In this document: piece by piece, positions 37,103 through 45,676 of the stretch
How the letters are laid out: every line of letters begins with the position of its first letter
Numbering within the stretch: position 1 is the first letter of the stretch
Assembly (NCBI GenBank): GCA_964434535.1
Contig: CAYSWA010000003.1
Span: 102,570-166,569 of the forward strand
DNA: 64,000 bases
Origin: an uncultured candidatus Brocadiaceae bacterium
GTDB taxonomy: Bacteria > Planctomycetota > Brocadiia > SM23-32
Direction: 5' to 3'
Position numbers and translations under genes: made by a program
The notes under the pieces: generated by a model
The model's input: the letters and a program-made list of their open reading frames with translations, nothing else
Databases searched by the model: none
What the model was told of the DNA's origin: nothing

Positions 37103-38049
37103 CGGCTCCCCTCGCCTCCGGCGCAAGATCGGCCCGTCTCACCATGAGGCAGAACCAGGGCCGCAGCACCTATCATGCCAGCCGCATCGCCGAGGCGGCT
37201 CCTGGCGAAGCGGACCTCGCCGCGATTGACGGCGTTGACGTATTTGAGCGCCTCGTGGCGCATCTCGTCGCCGAACAGGTCCCATGCCTTCGTCATGGAG
37301 CCGCCGAAGACGACCACGTCGGGGTCGGCCGTATTGCAGAGCCAGGCGACCGGCACGGCCAGGTCGCGTCCGAACTCGCGCCATGCCTCGGCGGCCTGCT
37401 CGTCGCCCTGGCGGGCCAGCTCGGCGACCTGGCGGGCCAGCTCGGCGACCTGCTCGGCGCTGATGCGCCGCTCGGTCAGCCTGGCGTAGTTGCGGGCGAC
37501 GCCCCGGCCGGAGCATTTCTCCTCGACGTGATCGCCCCGGTAGGGGGAGCACCATACCTCTGCGCCGGCGCCGTGCGGCCCGCTGAACAGCTCGCCCCGG
37601 ACCACCAGGAAGCAGCCGAGCCCCGTGCCGAGCGTGAAGCCGCAGCAGACCTCGGCCCCCGCGCCCGCGCCGAAGCGGGCCTCGGCGAGCCCGAAGCAGT
37701 TCGCGTCGTTGTTCAGCGCCACCGGCCGCTCCAGCGCCTCATGGAGCCGATCGGCGAGCGGGAAGCCGTGCATCGAGGGCAGGTTGTTCGGCGCGATCAG
37801 CGTGCCGGTGAAGATATCCAGCGGGGCGGGCGAGCCGATGCCGACCGCCTCGACCTCGTCGATGGAGAGCCCCGCCTGGCGCAGGGCGCCCTCGGCGGCG
37901 GAGACGATGTTGGCGAAGACGGCCTCGGTCTCCTTGTCGGCTTCGGTGGCGAGGCGGGCCTCGCCGAGCACGTCGCCGGCGGGCGAGATGACGCCGGCGC
38001 GGACCTTCGTGCCGCCCAGGTCGATGCCGATCACCGCTCGGCCGGCCAT
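37099..38049 (-). CDS. ROK-family sugar kinase (glucokinase-like)
   Basis: IGIDLGGTK, NDAN, TLGTGLG, GAE, LGDAAGMIGAA. Confidence 0.9.
   Translation of the reverse strand: MAGRAVIGIDLGGTKVRAGVISPAGDVLGEARLATEADKETEAVFANIVSAAEGALRQAGLSIDEVEAVGIGSPAPLDIFTGTLIAPNNLPSMHGFPLADRLHEALERPVALNNDANCFGLAEARFGAGAGAEVCCGFTLGTGLGCFLVVRGELFSGPHGAGAEVWCSPYRGDHVEEKCSGRGVARNYARLTERRISAEQVAELARQVAELARQGDEQAAEAWREFGRDLAVPVAWLCNTADPDVVVFGGSMTKAWDLFGDEMRHEALKYVNAVNRGEVRFARSRLGDAAGMIGAAALVLPHGETGRSCAGGEGSR
37407..37448. repeat. Perfect 21-bp tandem duplication in the ROK gene
   Basis: CCTGGCGGGCCAGCTCGGCGA x2, giving VAELARQ twice. Confidence 0.9.
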
Positions 38050-38621
38050 CAGTGGCTTCCTTCCTCGTCGCCCTGCGGGGGCAGCGCCGCCACGTAGGGC
38101 AGGTGCCGCCAGCGGTTCGCGTGGTCCAGCCCGTAGCCGACCACGAAGAGGTCCGGCACGTCGAAGCCGACGTACTCCGCCTCGGCCCCGGCCACGCGGG
38201 GCACGTCCTTGCGCAACAGCACGCAGCTCTTCAGCGACGCCGGCCCGTGCTCGGCGACGGCCCGGCGCACCGCCGCCAGCGTGCGCCCGCTGTCCAGCAC
38301 GCAGTCCACCAGCAGCACGTGGCGCCCGCCCAGACCGAGCGCGCCGAGGTCGTCGAGCAGCTCGATCTCCTCCCGGCGGGTCCGGCCCCGGTAGCTGCGC
38401 GCGGTGACCAGCTCGATCTCCAGCGGCATCGGCAGCCGGCGGATCAGGTCCGCCAGGAAGACCAGCGCGCCCTTCATGACGGCGAGCACGACGAGGGGCT
38501 CCCCGGCGGGGTGCTCCTCGGCCAGCCGGGCCGCCAGCTCGGCCACGCGCTGGTGGATCTCGGCCTTGCCCAGCAGCACGGGCAGCTCCGGGCGCGGCCG
38601 GGCGGGGGTTCCGTTCCCCAT
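38049..38621 (-). CDS. hpt: Hypoxanthine phosphoribosyltransferase
   Basis: VMKGALVFLADL, RSY, VLDSGRTL, FVVGYGLD, RHLPYV. Confidence 0.9.
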   Translation of the reverse strand: MGNGTPARPRPELPVLLGKAEIHQRVAELAARLAEEHPAGEPLVVLAVMKGALVFLADLIRRLPMPLEIELVTARSYRGRTRREEIELLDDLGALGLGGRHVLLVDCVLDSGRTLAAVRRAVAEHGPASLKSCVLLRKDVPRVAGAEAEYVGFDVPDLFVVGYGLDHANRWRHLPYVAALPPQGDEEGSH

Positions 38622-38837
38622 ACTTGCCCCTGACGAAACCGGAAGCACGAGCGTATCAGAAGCGCGCCGGCCGCGCAAAGGCAGGGGCCCGGCGGCCGGG
38701 CGCCGGCCCTCCCCACTGAGCCCCCGAAGGGGGCGGGCATGATTCCCCGCGCTTGCATTCGCCGTCCGGCGCGGTAGACTGTGCCGGCGTCAGGTTCCGC
38801 AGCATCCACTCGGCACGCCGGGGGGGGGGATCCTCAG

Positions 38838-39851
38838 GTGGCGGGCGAGCGCGCAGTGGTCGTGGGGGCGGGCAACATCTCGGCGGCCTGGTTCCCCGTG
38901 CTGATCAAGGAGGAGGTGCAGGTGGCGGCCGTGGTCGACCTCGACCGCGAGGCCGCCCGGGCACGCATCCGGCAGTTCGGGCTCGGCGCCGAGGCGTCCG
39001 ACGACCTCGAGGCGGCCCTGAAGCAGGCGGAGCCCGACTTCGTGGTCGACCTGACCGTGCCCGAGGCCCACTGCGAGGTGACCTGCACGGCGCTGGAGGC
39101 CGGCTGCCCCGTGATCGGCGAGAAGCCGATGGCCGCCACGATGGACGAGGCCCGCCGCATGGTCGAGACCGCCGAGCGGACCGGCCGGCTCTACATGGTG
39201 AGCCAGTCCCGCCGCTGGAACCCCCATCACGAGGCGCTGCGGCGCATGGCCGCCGAGGGCGCCGTCGGCCCGGTCTCGACGGTCAACTGCGACTTCTACA
39301 TGGCGCCCCACTTCGGCGGATTCCGCGAGGAGATGCCGAGCCCCCTGCTGCTGGACATGGCGATCCACCACTTCGACCTGGCCCGCTACCTGACCGGCGC
39401 CGACCCCGTGGCGGTCTACGCGCACGAGTTCAGCCCCGCCGGCTCCTGGTATGCCGGGGCCGCGTCGGCGTGCTGCATCTTCGAGATGACCGAGGGCGTC
39501 GTCTTCACCTACCGCGGCAGCTGGTGCGCCGAGGGCTGTGCGACGAGCTGGAACGGCCACTGGCGGCTGGTCGGCGAGCGGGGCACGCTGCTGTATGAGA
39601 ACGACCGCTCGCCGCACGGGCAGGCCGTGGCGGGCGAGGAGGGGTTCTTCCGCCCGCTGAAGGAGCTCGACGTGCCCCCGCCGCGCCTGGAGCATGCCGA
39701 CATGCACGGCGCCCTGCGCGAGATGCTCGGCTATCTGCGCACCGGCCAGGTGCCCCAGACCGAGTGCCACGACAACATCCAGTCGCTGGCGATGGTCTTC
39801 GCCGCCGTCGAGAGCGCCCGCCGCGGCGAACGCGTGCTGGTCGAGACCTGA
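38838..39851 (+). CDS. Gfo/Idh/MocA oxidoreductase
   Basis: VVGAGNI, EKPMA, LLDMAIHHFDL. Upstream TTGCAT-16-TAGACT (38753-38780). Confidence 0.9.
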   Translation: MAGERAVVVGAGNISAAWFPVLIKEEVQVAAVVDLDREAARARIRQFGLGAEASDDLEAALKQAEPDFVVDLTVPEAHCEVTCTALEAGCPVIGEKPMAATMDEARRMVETAERTGRLYMVSQSRRWNPHHEALRRMAAEGAVGPVSTVNCDFYMAPHFGGFREEMPSPLLLDMAIHHFDLARYLTGADPVAVYAHEFSPAGSWYAGAASACCIFEMTEGVVFTYRGSWCAEGCATSWNGHWRLVGERGTLLYENDRSPHGQAVAGEEGFFRPLKELDVPPPRLEHADMHGALREMLGYLRTGQVPQTECHDNIQSLAMVFAAVESARRGERVLVET

Positions 39852-39875
39852 GCCGCGTTCGGCACTCGTCGCGAT

Positions 39876-39904
39876 TTGTCCGGCCCGCCTCCACCGGCTA
39901 TAAT
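39876..39904 (+). promoter_or_regulatory. sigma70-type promoter of pyrE-purB
   Basis: TTGTCC-17 nt-TATAAT. Confidence 0.7.
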
Positions 39905-39943
39905 CCGCCTGCCGCACCGCCCCTTCATCCCGGAGGCAGCCGG

Positions 39944-40474
39944 ATGGCCGACCCCGCACTCGCCGAGCGCCTCAAGAGCGTCGCGCTGCTGCGGGGCGAG
40001 TTCACGCTGCGCAGCGGGCGCAAGAGCAGCTACTACTTCGACAAGTACCGCTTCGCGACCCACCCGGGCCTGCTGCGCGACGTGGCCCGCGAACTCGCCG
40101 CCATGCTGCCCGAGGACACCGACCGCCTGGCCGGCCCCGCCCTCGGCGCCGTGCCGCTGGTCACCGCCGTGGCCCTCCAGACGGACCTGCCGTTCGTGAT
40201 CGTGCGCAAGCAGAGCAAGGAATACGGCACGGCCAACCGCATCGAGGGCGAGCTGGCGCCGGGCGAGAAGGTGCTGATGGTCGAGGACGTGGTCACCACC
40301 GGCGGCGCCGCGCTCAGCGCCGCAGCGGCCCTGCGCGAGGCCGGGGCGGGCGAGGTGGAGGCGCTGGTCGTGCTGGACCGCCAGCAGGGGGCGGCCGAGG
40401 CGTTCCGCCGGGCCGCCGTCCCCTACCGCGCGCTGTTCACCGCCGAATCGCTCGGCATCGAGGAGGGCTCATGA
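39944..40474 (+). CDS. pyrE: Orotate phosphoribosyltransferase
   Basis: GEFTLRSGRKSSYYFD, RKQSKEYG, VEDVVTTGG. Confidence 0.93.
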   Translation: MADPALAERLKSVALLRGEFTLRSGRKSSYYFDKYRFATHPGLLRDVARELAAMLPEDTDRLAGPALGAVPLVTAVALQTDLPFVIVRKQSKEYGTANRIEGELAPGEKVLMVEDVVTTGGAALSAAAALREAGAGEVEALVVLDRQQGAAEAFRRAAVPYRALFTAESLGIEEGS

Positions 40475-41919
40475 GCGAGGAGACACGCCCCGAGGCCCGC
40501 TACCGCTCGCCGTTCGTCACCCGCTGGGCCAGCCCCGAGATGCTGGCGCACTGGAGCGACCTGCACAAGTTCCGCACCTGGCGCCGGCTCTGGATCGCCC
40601 TGGCCGAGGCGCAGCGCGAGCTGGGGCTGGACATCAGCGAGGAGCAGATCGAGGAGCTGCGCGCCCGGCGCGACGAGATCAACTTCGAGGTGGCCGCCGA
40701 ACGCGAGCGCCAGGTGCGCCACGACGTGATGGCCCACATCTACGCCTACGGCGAGCAGTGCCCCCGCGCGCGCGGCATCATCCACCTCGGCGCCACCAGC
40801 GCCTTCGTGGGCGACAACACCGACCTGATCCTGATGCGCGACGCCCTGAAGCTGCTGGAGCCGCCGCTCGCCGCCGCCTGCCGCCACCTGAACGAGTTCG
40901 CCCGGCGCCACAGGGGCCAGCCCTGCCTGGCCTACACCCACTTCCAGCCGGCGCAGGTCACCACCGTCGGCAAACGCGCCTGCCTCTGGCTCCAGGACAT
41001 CCTCGGCGCCATGGGCGAGATCGCCGCCATGGCCGGGGGCATCCCGTTCCGCGGCGTCAAGGGCACCACCGGCACGCAGGCCAGCTTCCTGGACCTCTTC
41101 GACGGCGACGGGGAGAAGGTCAAGAGGCTGGAGTGGCGCGTGGCGCAGAAGGTCGGCTTCGAGCACGTCTTCCCCGTCACCGCTCAGACCTACCCCCGCG
41201 GGCTCGACTACAAGGTGCTTGCCACGCTCGGGCTGCTGGCGGTGGCCTGCCACAAGATGGCCGCCGACATCCGCCTGCTGGCGGGCCTGAAGGAGATCGA
41301 GGAGCCCTTCGGCAAGGATCAGATCGGCTCCTCGGCCATGGCCTACAAGCGGAACCCGATGCGCTCGGAGCGGATGGCCTCGCTGAGCCGCTTCCTGCTG
41401 AACAACGTGCAGAACGCCGCCTTCACCGCCGCCGACCAGTGGCTGGAGCGCACGCTGGACGACTCGGCCGTGCGGCGCCTGGCGCTGGCCGAGTCGTTCC
41501 TGGCCGCCGACTCCGTCGCGCATCTGGCCGCCAACATCACCGCCGGCCTGGTGGTCAACCGCCCCGTGATCGAGCGGCGCCTGCGGGCCGAGCTGCCCTT
41601 CATGGCCACCGAGCAGATACTGATGGCCGCCGTCAAGGCCGGCGGCGACCGCCAGGAGCTGCACGAGCGGATCCGGCGCCACTCCATGGCCGCCGCCGAG
41701 CGCGTCAAGGAAGGCGACGGCGAGAACGACCTGCTGGAGCGGATCGGCGCCGACGAGGCATTCGCCGCCGTCCGTGACGAGCTGGACGAGCTGAGCGGCC
41801 CGGCGGCGTTCGTCGGCCGGGCGCCGGCCCAGGTCGAGGAGTTCCTCCACGACGTGGTCGAGCCCGTGCTGGCCGGGCTGCCCGAGCCCGAGACGGGCGG
41901 CCACGAGCTGCGCGTCTGA
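40471..41919 (+). CDS. purB: Adenylosuccinate lyase
   Basis: RHDVMAH, IHLGATS, THFQPAQ, GSSAMAYKRNP, WLERTLDDS. Confidence 0.96.
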   Translation: MSEETRPEARYRSPFVTRWASPEMLAHWSDLHKFRTWRRLWIALAEAQRELGLDISEEQIEELRARRDEINFEVAAERERQVRHDVMAHIYAYGEQCPRARGIIHLGATSAFVGDNTDLILMRDALKLLEPPLAAACRHLNEFARRHRGQPCLAYTHFQPAQVTTVGKRACLWLQDILGAMGEIAAMAGGIPFRGVKGTTGTQASFLDLFDGDGEKVKRLEWRVAQKVGFEHVFPVTAQTYPRGLDYKVLATLGLLAVACHKMAADIRLLAGLKEIEEPFGKDQIGSSAMAYKRNPMRSERMASLSRFLLNNVQNAAFTAADQWLERTLDDSAVRRLALAESFLAADSVAHLAANITAGLVVNRPVIERRLRAELPFMATEQILMAAVKAGGDRQELHERIRRHSMAAAERVKEGDGENDLLERIGADEAFAAVRDELDELSGPAAFVGRAPAQVEEFLHDVVEPVLAGLPEPETGGHELRV

Positions 41920-41945
41920 ACCCACCCCCTGCCGGGGAGCAGCCG

Positions 41946-43094
41946 ATGGCGGACTTCGAGCGGCTGGAGCAGCAGCACCGGCGCCGCATGCGCTGGCTCT
42001 GGGGCTGCACGGGCGGCTGCCTGCTGGTGATCCTGCTGACCGGCGGGCTCGTCTTCGTGTTCGTGCGCTACCTGCTGCAGCCCGTGCCGGTCGTGCCGCC
42101 GACCACGTTCGTGGGGCCGCGCAGCTCGGCGTTCCTGTTCGTGCGGATCGAGGCCGGCGACCCGCTGATGATCGAGCTGCCGGCCCGGCTCGCCATGTCG
42201 CCGGTCTTCCAGCAGAACGTGCCCGCCCGCCCCGGCGGGCAGGTGGTCCGAGACGTGGATCAGGCGCGGGCGCTGATCGAAGAGGTAGCTCCGGTCCAGC
42301 TCGTCACCGTGCTGGAGCCCGACGGCGAGGAGGCGCCGCTGCGCCGGGGCGGCGTCGTCTCGCTGCACAGATACAGCCGGCTGTTCGGCCACGTCGCGCG
42401 CGGGATCATCGAGCAGGAGAGCCTCGCCGCGCCCGAGCAGCACCATGGGGCCCTGATCGGCACCACGCTGGAGGGCCGGGCGATCGGCATGCGGGGCAAC
42501 AACTACATGGTCGCCGACCAGCCGGCAATGCTCAAGCGCTGGGCAAAGGACCTGGAGGAGCAGCGCCGACGCGACGAGCCGGCGCCGCCGCGGATGAGCG
42601 AGCCGCTCATGACCGCCTACGGCCGGCTCGACGCCTCCTCGCCGATCCTGTTCGCCTCCGTCAACGCGCACGGCGAGCTGGCCGCCATCCTCGCCGCCCT
42701 GCCGGAGGGCGAGGCCCGCCAGGCGCTCGGCCGGGCCGGACTCGCCTCCCCCCAGGTGGTCAGCTTCAGCGCAGAGCTCGCCGGCCTGAACAACCGCGAC
42801 GCCGAGCTGACCATGTTCCTGGAGTGCGAGGCGGCCGAGGTCGCCGGCGAGCTGGCCGACCGCCTGACGGCCGTCGGGCGGACCTTCGCCAAGGCCAACC
42901 CGCTGCAGGAGATCCAGGTGGCGCTCCACGAGGAAGAGGAGCGCGTCGTGCGCGTTCGGGGCCGCCTGGAGGACCTGCCCGACCGGATCGCCGAGGCCAT
43001 CAACTACATGGCCGAGCGCCACGAAGAGGCCGAGCGCGCCCGCCGCCAGGCCGCCTTCCCCGCCGCCGAGCCGGCTACTGCCCCATCACCTTGA
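41946..43094 (+). CDS. Hypothetical protein with an N-terminal membrane anchor
   Basis: GGAG RBS; 'WGCTGGCLLVILLTGG' TM segment; strong GC3 bias. Confidence 0.75.
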   Translation: MADFERLEQQHRRRMRWLWGCTGGCLLVILLTGGLVFVFVRYLLQPVPVVPPTTFVGPRSSAFLFVRIEAGDPLMIELPARLAMSPVFQQNVPARPGGQVVRDVDQARALIEEVAPVQLVTVLEPDGEEAPLRRGGVVSLHRYSRLFGHVARGIIEQESLAAPEQHHGALIGTTLEGRAIGMRGNNYMVADQPAMLKRWAKDLEEQRRRDEPAPPRMSEPLMTAYGRLDASSPILFASVNAHGELAAILAALPEGEARQALGRAGLASPQVVSFSAELAGLNNRDAELTMFLECEAAEVAGELADRLTAVGRTFAKANPLQEIQVALHEEEERVVRVRGRLEDLPDRIAEAINYMAERHEEAERARRQAAFPAAEPATAPSP

Positions 43095-43103
43095 TGATGG
43101 GGC
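43080..43103 (+). terminator. Stem-loop over the stop codon (possible terminator)
   Basis: GCCCCATCA-6 nt-TGATGGGGC; no U-tract. Confidence 0.4.
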
Positions 43104-43313
43104 GCTTGGGGCGGCATCCGTCGGGGGGGGGGGGCTCGCGGACGCGCGTATGATAGCCCGCAGGGCGAAGGAGGGTCGCGACCGGCCGTCTCCGTTGCCC
43201 GCCGCAAGCCGCCGGGAGATTTCCGGCGCGCCTTGAAAACGGCGCCCGGTCCACTACAGTATGGGGCGTCGTGGTTGCCGCTTTCCCCGTCCCGGCAGAC
43301 CTGGAGCTGATAG

Positions 43314-44777
43314 ATGCGCATCCTGTATTACGACATCGACACGCTGCGCCCCGACCACCTGGGCTGCTACGGCTACCCGCGCGAGACCTCGCCGAACATC
43401 GACCGCATCGCGCGCGAGGGCACCGTCTTCACCAACTACTACGCCAGCGACGCGCCCTGCCTGCCGTCGCGGGCGGCGCTGTTCCTGGGCCGGCCGGGCA
43501 TCCACACCGGCATCGTCGGCCACGGCGGCAGCGCGGCGGACCCCTTCATCATCGGGCGCGAGCGCGGCTTCCGCTACGGGGCCGAGTGGTCGTCCTGGCC
43601 GGCCGCGATGCGGGGCTGGGGCTTCTACCCGGTCAGCGTCAGCCCCTTCGCCGAACGGCACTCGGCCTGGTGGTTCTACCAGGGCTGGCGCGAGATGTAC
43701 AACCCCGGCAAGGGCGGCAGTGAGCGCGCCGACGAGGTCGTGCCGATCGCCCTGGACTGGCTACAGCGCCACGGGCAGGAGGACGGCTGGTTCCTGCACG
43801 TCAACGTCTGGGACCCCCACACCGCCTACCGCACGCCGGCCGAGTACGGCAATCCCTTCGAGGGCAAGCCCATACCCGACTGGATCGACGAGGAGACGAT
43901 CGCCAAGCACCGCGAGGGCTTCGGCCCCCACAGCGCGCAGGAGCCCTGCGGCTTCGGCGGCGAGAGCGGCACTCCCCGCCAGCCCGGCGAGATGCGCAGC
44001 ATCGAGGACTTCCGCCGGTGGATCGACGGCTACGACGTGGGCATCCGCTACGCCGACGACTACCTGGGCCGGATACTCGACGCACTGGAGGCCAAGGGCG
44101 TCCTGGACGATACGGCCGTGATCATCAGCTCCGACCACGGCGAGAACCAGGGCGAGCTGAACGTCTACGGCGACCACCAGAGCGCCGACCACGTCACCAA
44201 CCGCGTGCCGCTCGTCATCCGCTGGCCGGGCAAGGACGGCGGGCGCGTCAACGAGGGGCTCCACTACAACTACGACCTGCCGCCGACCCTCGGCGAGCTG
44301 CTCGGCGGCGAGGCGCCCGCCAACTGGGAGGGGCGCAGCTTCGCCACCGTGCTGGACGGCGAGGAGTGGGGACGCGACTTCGTGGTCGTGAGCCAGTGTG
44401 CCTGGAGCTGCCAGCGCAGCGTGCGCTTCGGCCCGTGGCTCGTCATGCGCACCTACCACACCGGCATGAAGGACATGGCGCCGGTGATGGCCTTCAACCT
44501 GGAAAGCGATCCCCACGAGACCACCGACCTCGCCGACGAGTACACCGACGTCGCCGAGAAGGGCCTGGCCCTGCTGGAGCGCTGGCACGCCGACATGATG
44601 GGCACCTCCCGCCGGCTGATCGACCCGATGCGGATCGTGATGGCCGAGGGCGGGCCGTTCCACACCCGCGACCGCCTCGAGGGCTACTGCCGGCGCCTGC
44701 GCGAGACCGGCCGCGAGGGCCACGCCGAGTGGCTCCAGCGCCACCAGGGCGGCTACCTGGTGAGCTGCCCCGAGTGA
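43314..44777 (+). CDS. Cys-type sulfatase
   Basis: DTLRPDHLGCYGY, CLPSRAALFLG (CxPxR), WDPH, SSDHGE. Upstream TTGAAA-16-TACAGT (43233-43260). Confidence 0.93.
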   Translation: MRILYYDIDTLRPDHLGCYGYPRETSPNIDRIAREGTVFTNYYASDAPCLPSRAALFLGRPGIHTGIVGHGGSAADPFIIGRERGFRYGAEWSSWPAAMRGWGFYPVSVSPFAERHSAWWFYQGWREMYNPGKGGSERADEVVPIALDWLQRHGQEDGWFLHVNVWDPHTAYRTPAEYGNPFEGKPIPDWIDEETIAKHREGFGPHSAQEPCGFGGESGTPRQPGEMRSIEDFRRWIDGYDVGIRYADDYLGRILDALEAKGVLDDTAVIISSDHGENQGELNVYGDHQSADHVTNRVPLVIRWPGKDGGRVNEGLHYNYDLPPTLGELLGGEAPANWEGRSFATVLDGEEWGRDFVVVSQCAWSCQRSVRFGPWLVMRTYHTGMKDMAPVMAFNLESDPHETTDLADEYTDVAEKGLALLERWHADMMGTSRRLIDPMRIVMAEGGPFHTRDRLEGYCRRLRETGREGHAEWLQRHQGGYLVSCPE

Positions 44778-44827
44778 CGGCGCCGCGCCCGCCGCCGCGG
44801 GCCGAGCGCCGCTTCAGGAGCCGAGCC

Positions 44828-45130
44828 ATGTTCGTCGTCGCCCTCGCCGACGTGCATGGGGACACACGCCGCCTGGCGGACGCGGCGGAGGACCTGGCCG
44901 CAGCCGACCTGGTGCTGCTCGCCGGCGACCTGACCCGCTTCGGCCACCGCGCCGACGCGGCCCGCGTGGTCGAGGCCGTCCGGGAGGCGAACCCGAACGT
45001 GCTCGCCGTGCCGGGCAACTGCGACTACCCCGACGTCGCCGCCTACCTCGCCGAGGAGGGCATCAGCCTCGAGGCGCGGCGCGAGGTGCGGGGCGGCGTC
45101 GAGACCCTGGAGATCCGCGGCCTGCCGTAA
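44828..45130 (+). pseudogene. Truncated metallophosphoesterase (100 aa)
   Basis: ADVHGD, AGDLT and PGNCD are present, but the two C-terminal His motifs are missing. AGGAG RBS. Confidence 0.65.
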
Positions 45131-45250
45131 CGGCAACGTCTCACCACGAAGCACACGAAGGACGGCACGAAGGCACGAAGGACGGCGAACGAGGTGAGGA
45201 GAACAGCGCAGCGGCAGAGCAAGAGCACGACCAGGAGCAAGAGCGAGACG
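45130..45250. repeat. Modular intergenic repeat cluster
   Basis: CACCACGAAGCACACGAAGGACGGCACGAAGGCACGAAGGACGG (compare 23617-23660) and GAGCAA/GAGCAC hexamers. Confidence 0.7.
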
Positions 45251-45273
45251 GAGCCGCGGCCCTGCCCCCGTGT

Positions 45274-45466
45274 GTCATGCTGAGCGCCGCTTCGGTCTTC
45301 CGGCGCGAAGCATCTCCGACCGGAGGGGCCCCCTCGCGCAACACGTGGGCTCGCGGCGAGAACCGCTCCCGGCTACGTCCGGGCCTTCGCCGCGTGAGCA
45401 TCGGTCCGGCAAGCCCAGCCCCTGGTCGGAGATCCTTCGTGCCGCCATCGCGGCACTCAGGATGAC
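45274..45466. repeat. REP/REPIN-like inverted-repeat element
   Basis: Arm 45274-45321 (GTCATGCTGAGCGCCGC..CGGCGCGAAGCATCTCCGACC) and arm 45424-45466 (reverse complement GTCATCCTGAGTGCCGC..CGGCACGAAGGATCTCCGACC). Confidence 0.8.
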
Positions 45467-45601
45467 GATCTGTGGGCGCGCCGCCTCCGCCCAGCCCGCG
45501 CAGCGGGCGAGGTCGAGAGCGAGATCGAGTCAGTCCTTCTTTGCCGTTCGCCGTTCGTCGTGCTCGTCGTGTCGTCGTGGTAGGTGCGGGCCGCCGCGCC
45601 G

Positions 45602-45646
45602 TTGCGCTTGCGCGCGGGGGGCGCGCCCGTAGAATGCCCGTAGAAT
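45602..45646 (+). promoter_or_regulatory. Promoter of prs with duplicated boxes
   Basis: TTGCGC x2 and GCCCGTAGAAT x2. The second TTGCGC is 16 nt from the first TAGAAT. Confidence 0.55.
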
Positions 45647-45676
45647 GGCGACGTTCCCCCCACGGGAGGAAGGACC

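Noticed and set aside
9099-45600. CRISPR array in the repeat-rich spacers
   Set aside because: The repeats are degenerate 6-10-mers without regular unique spacers, and no cas genes are present.
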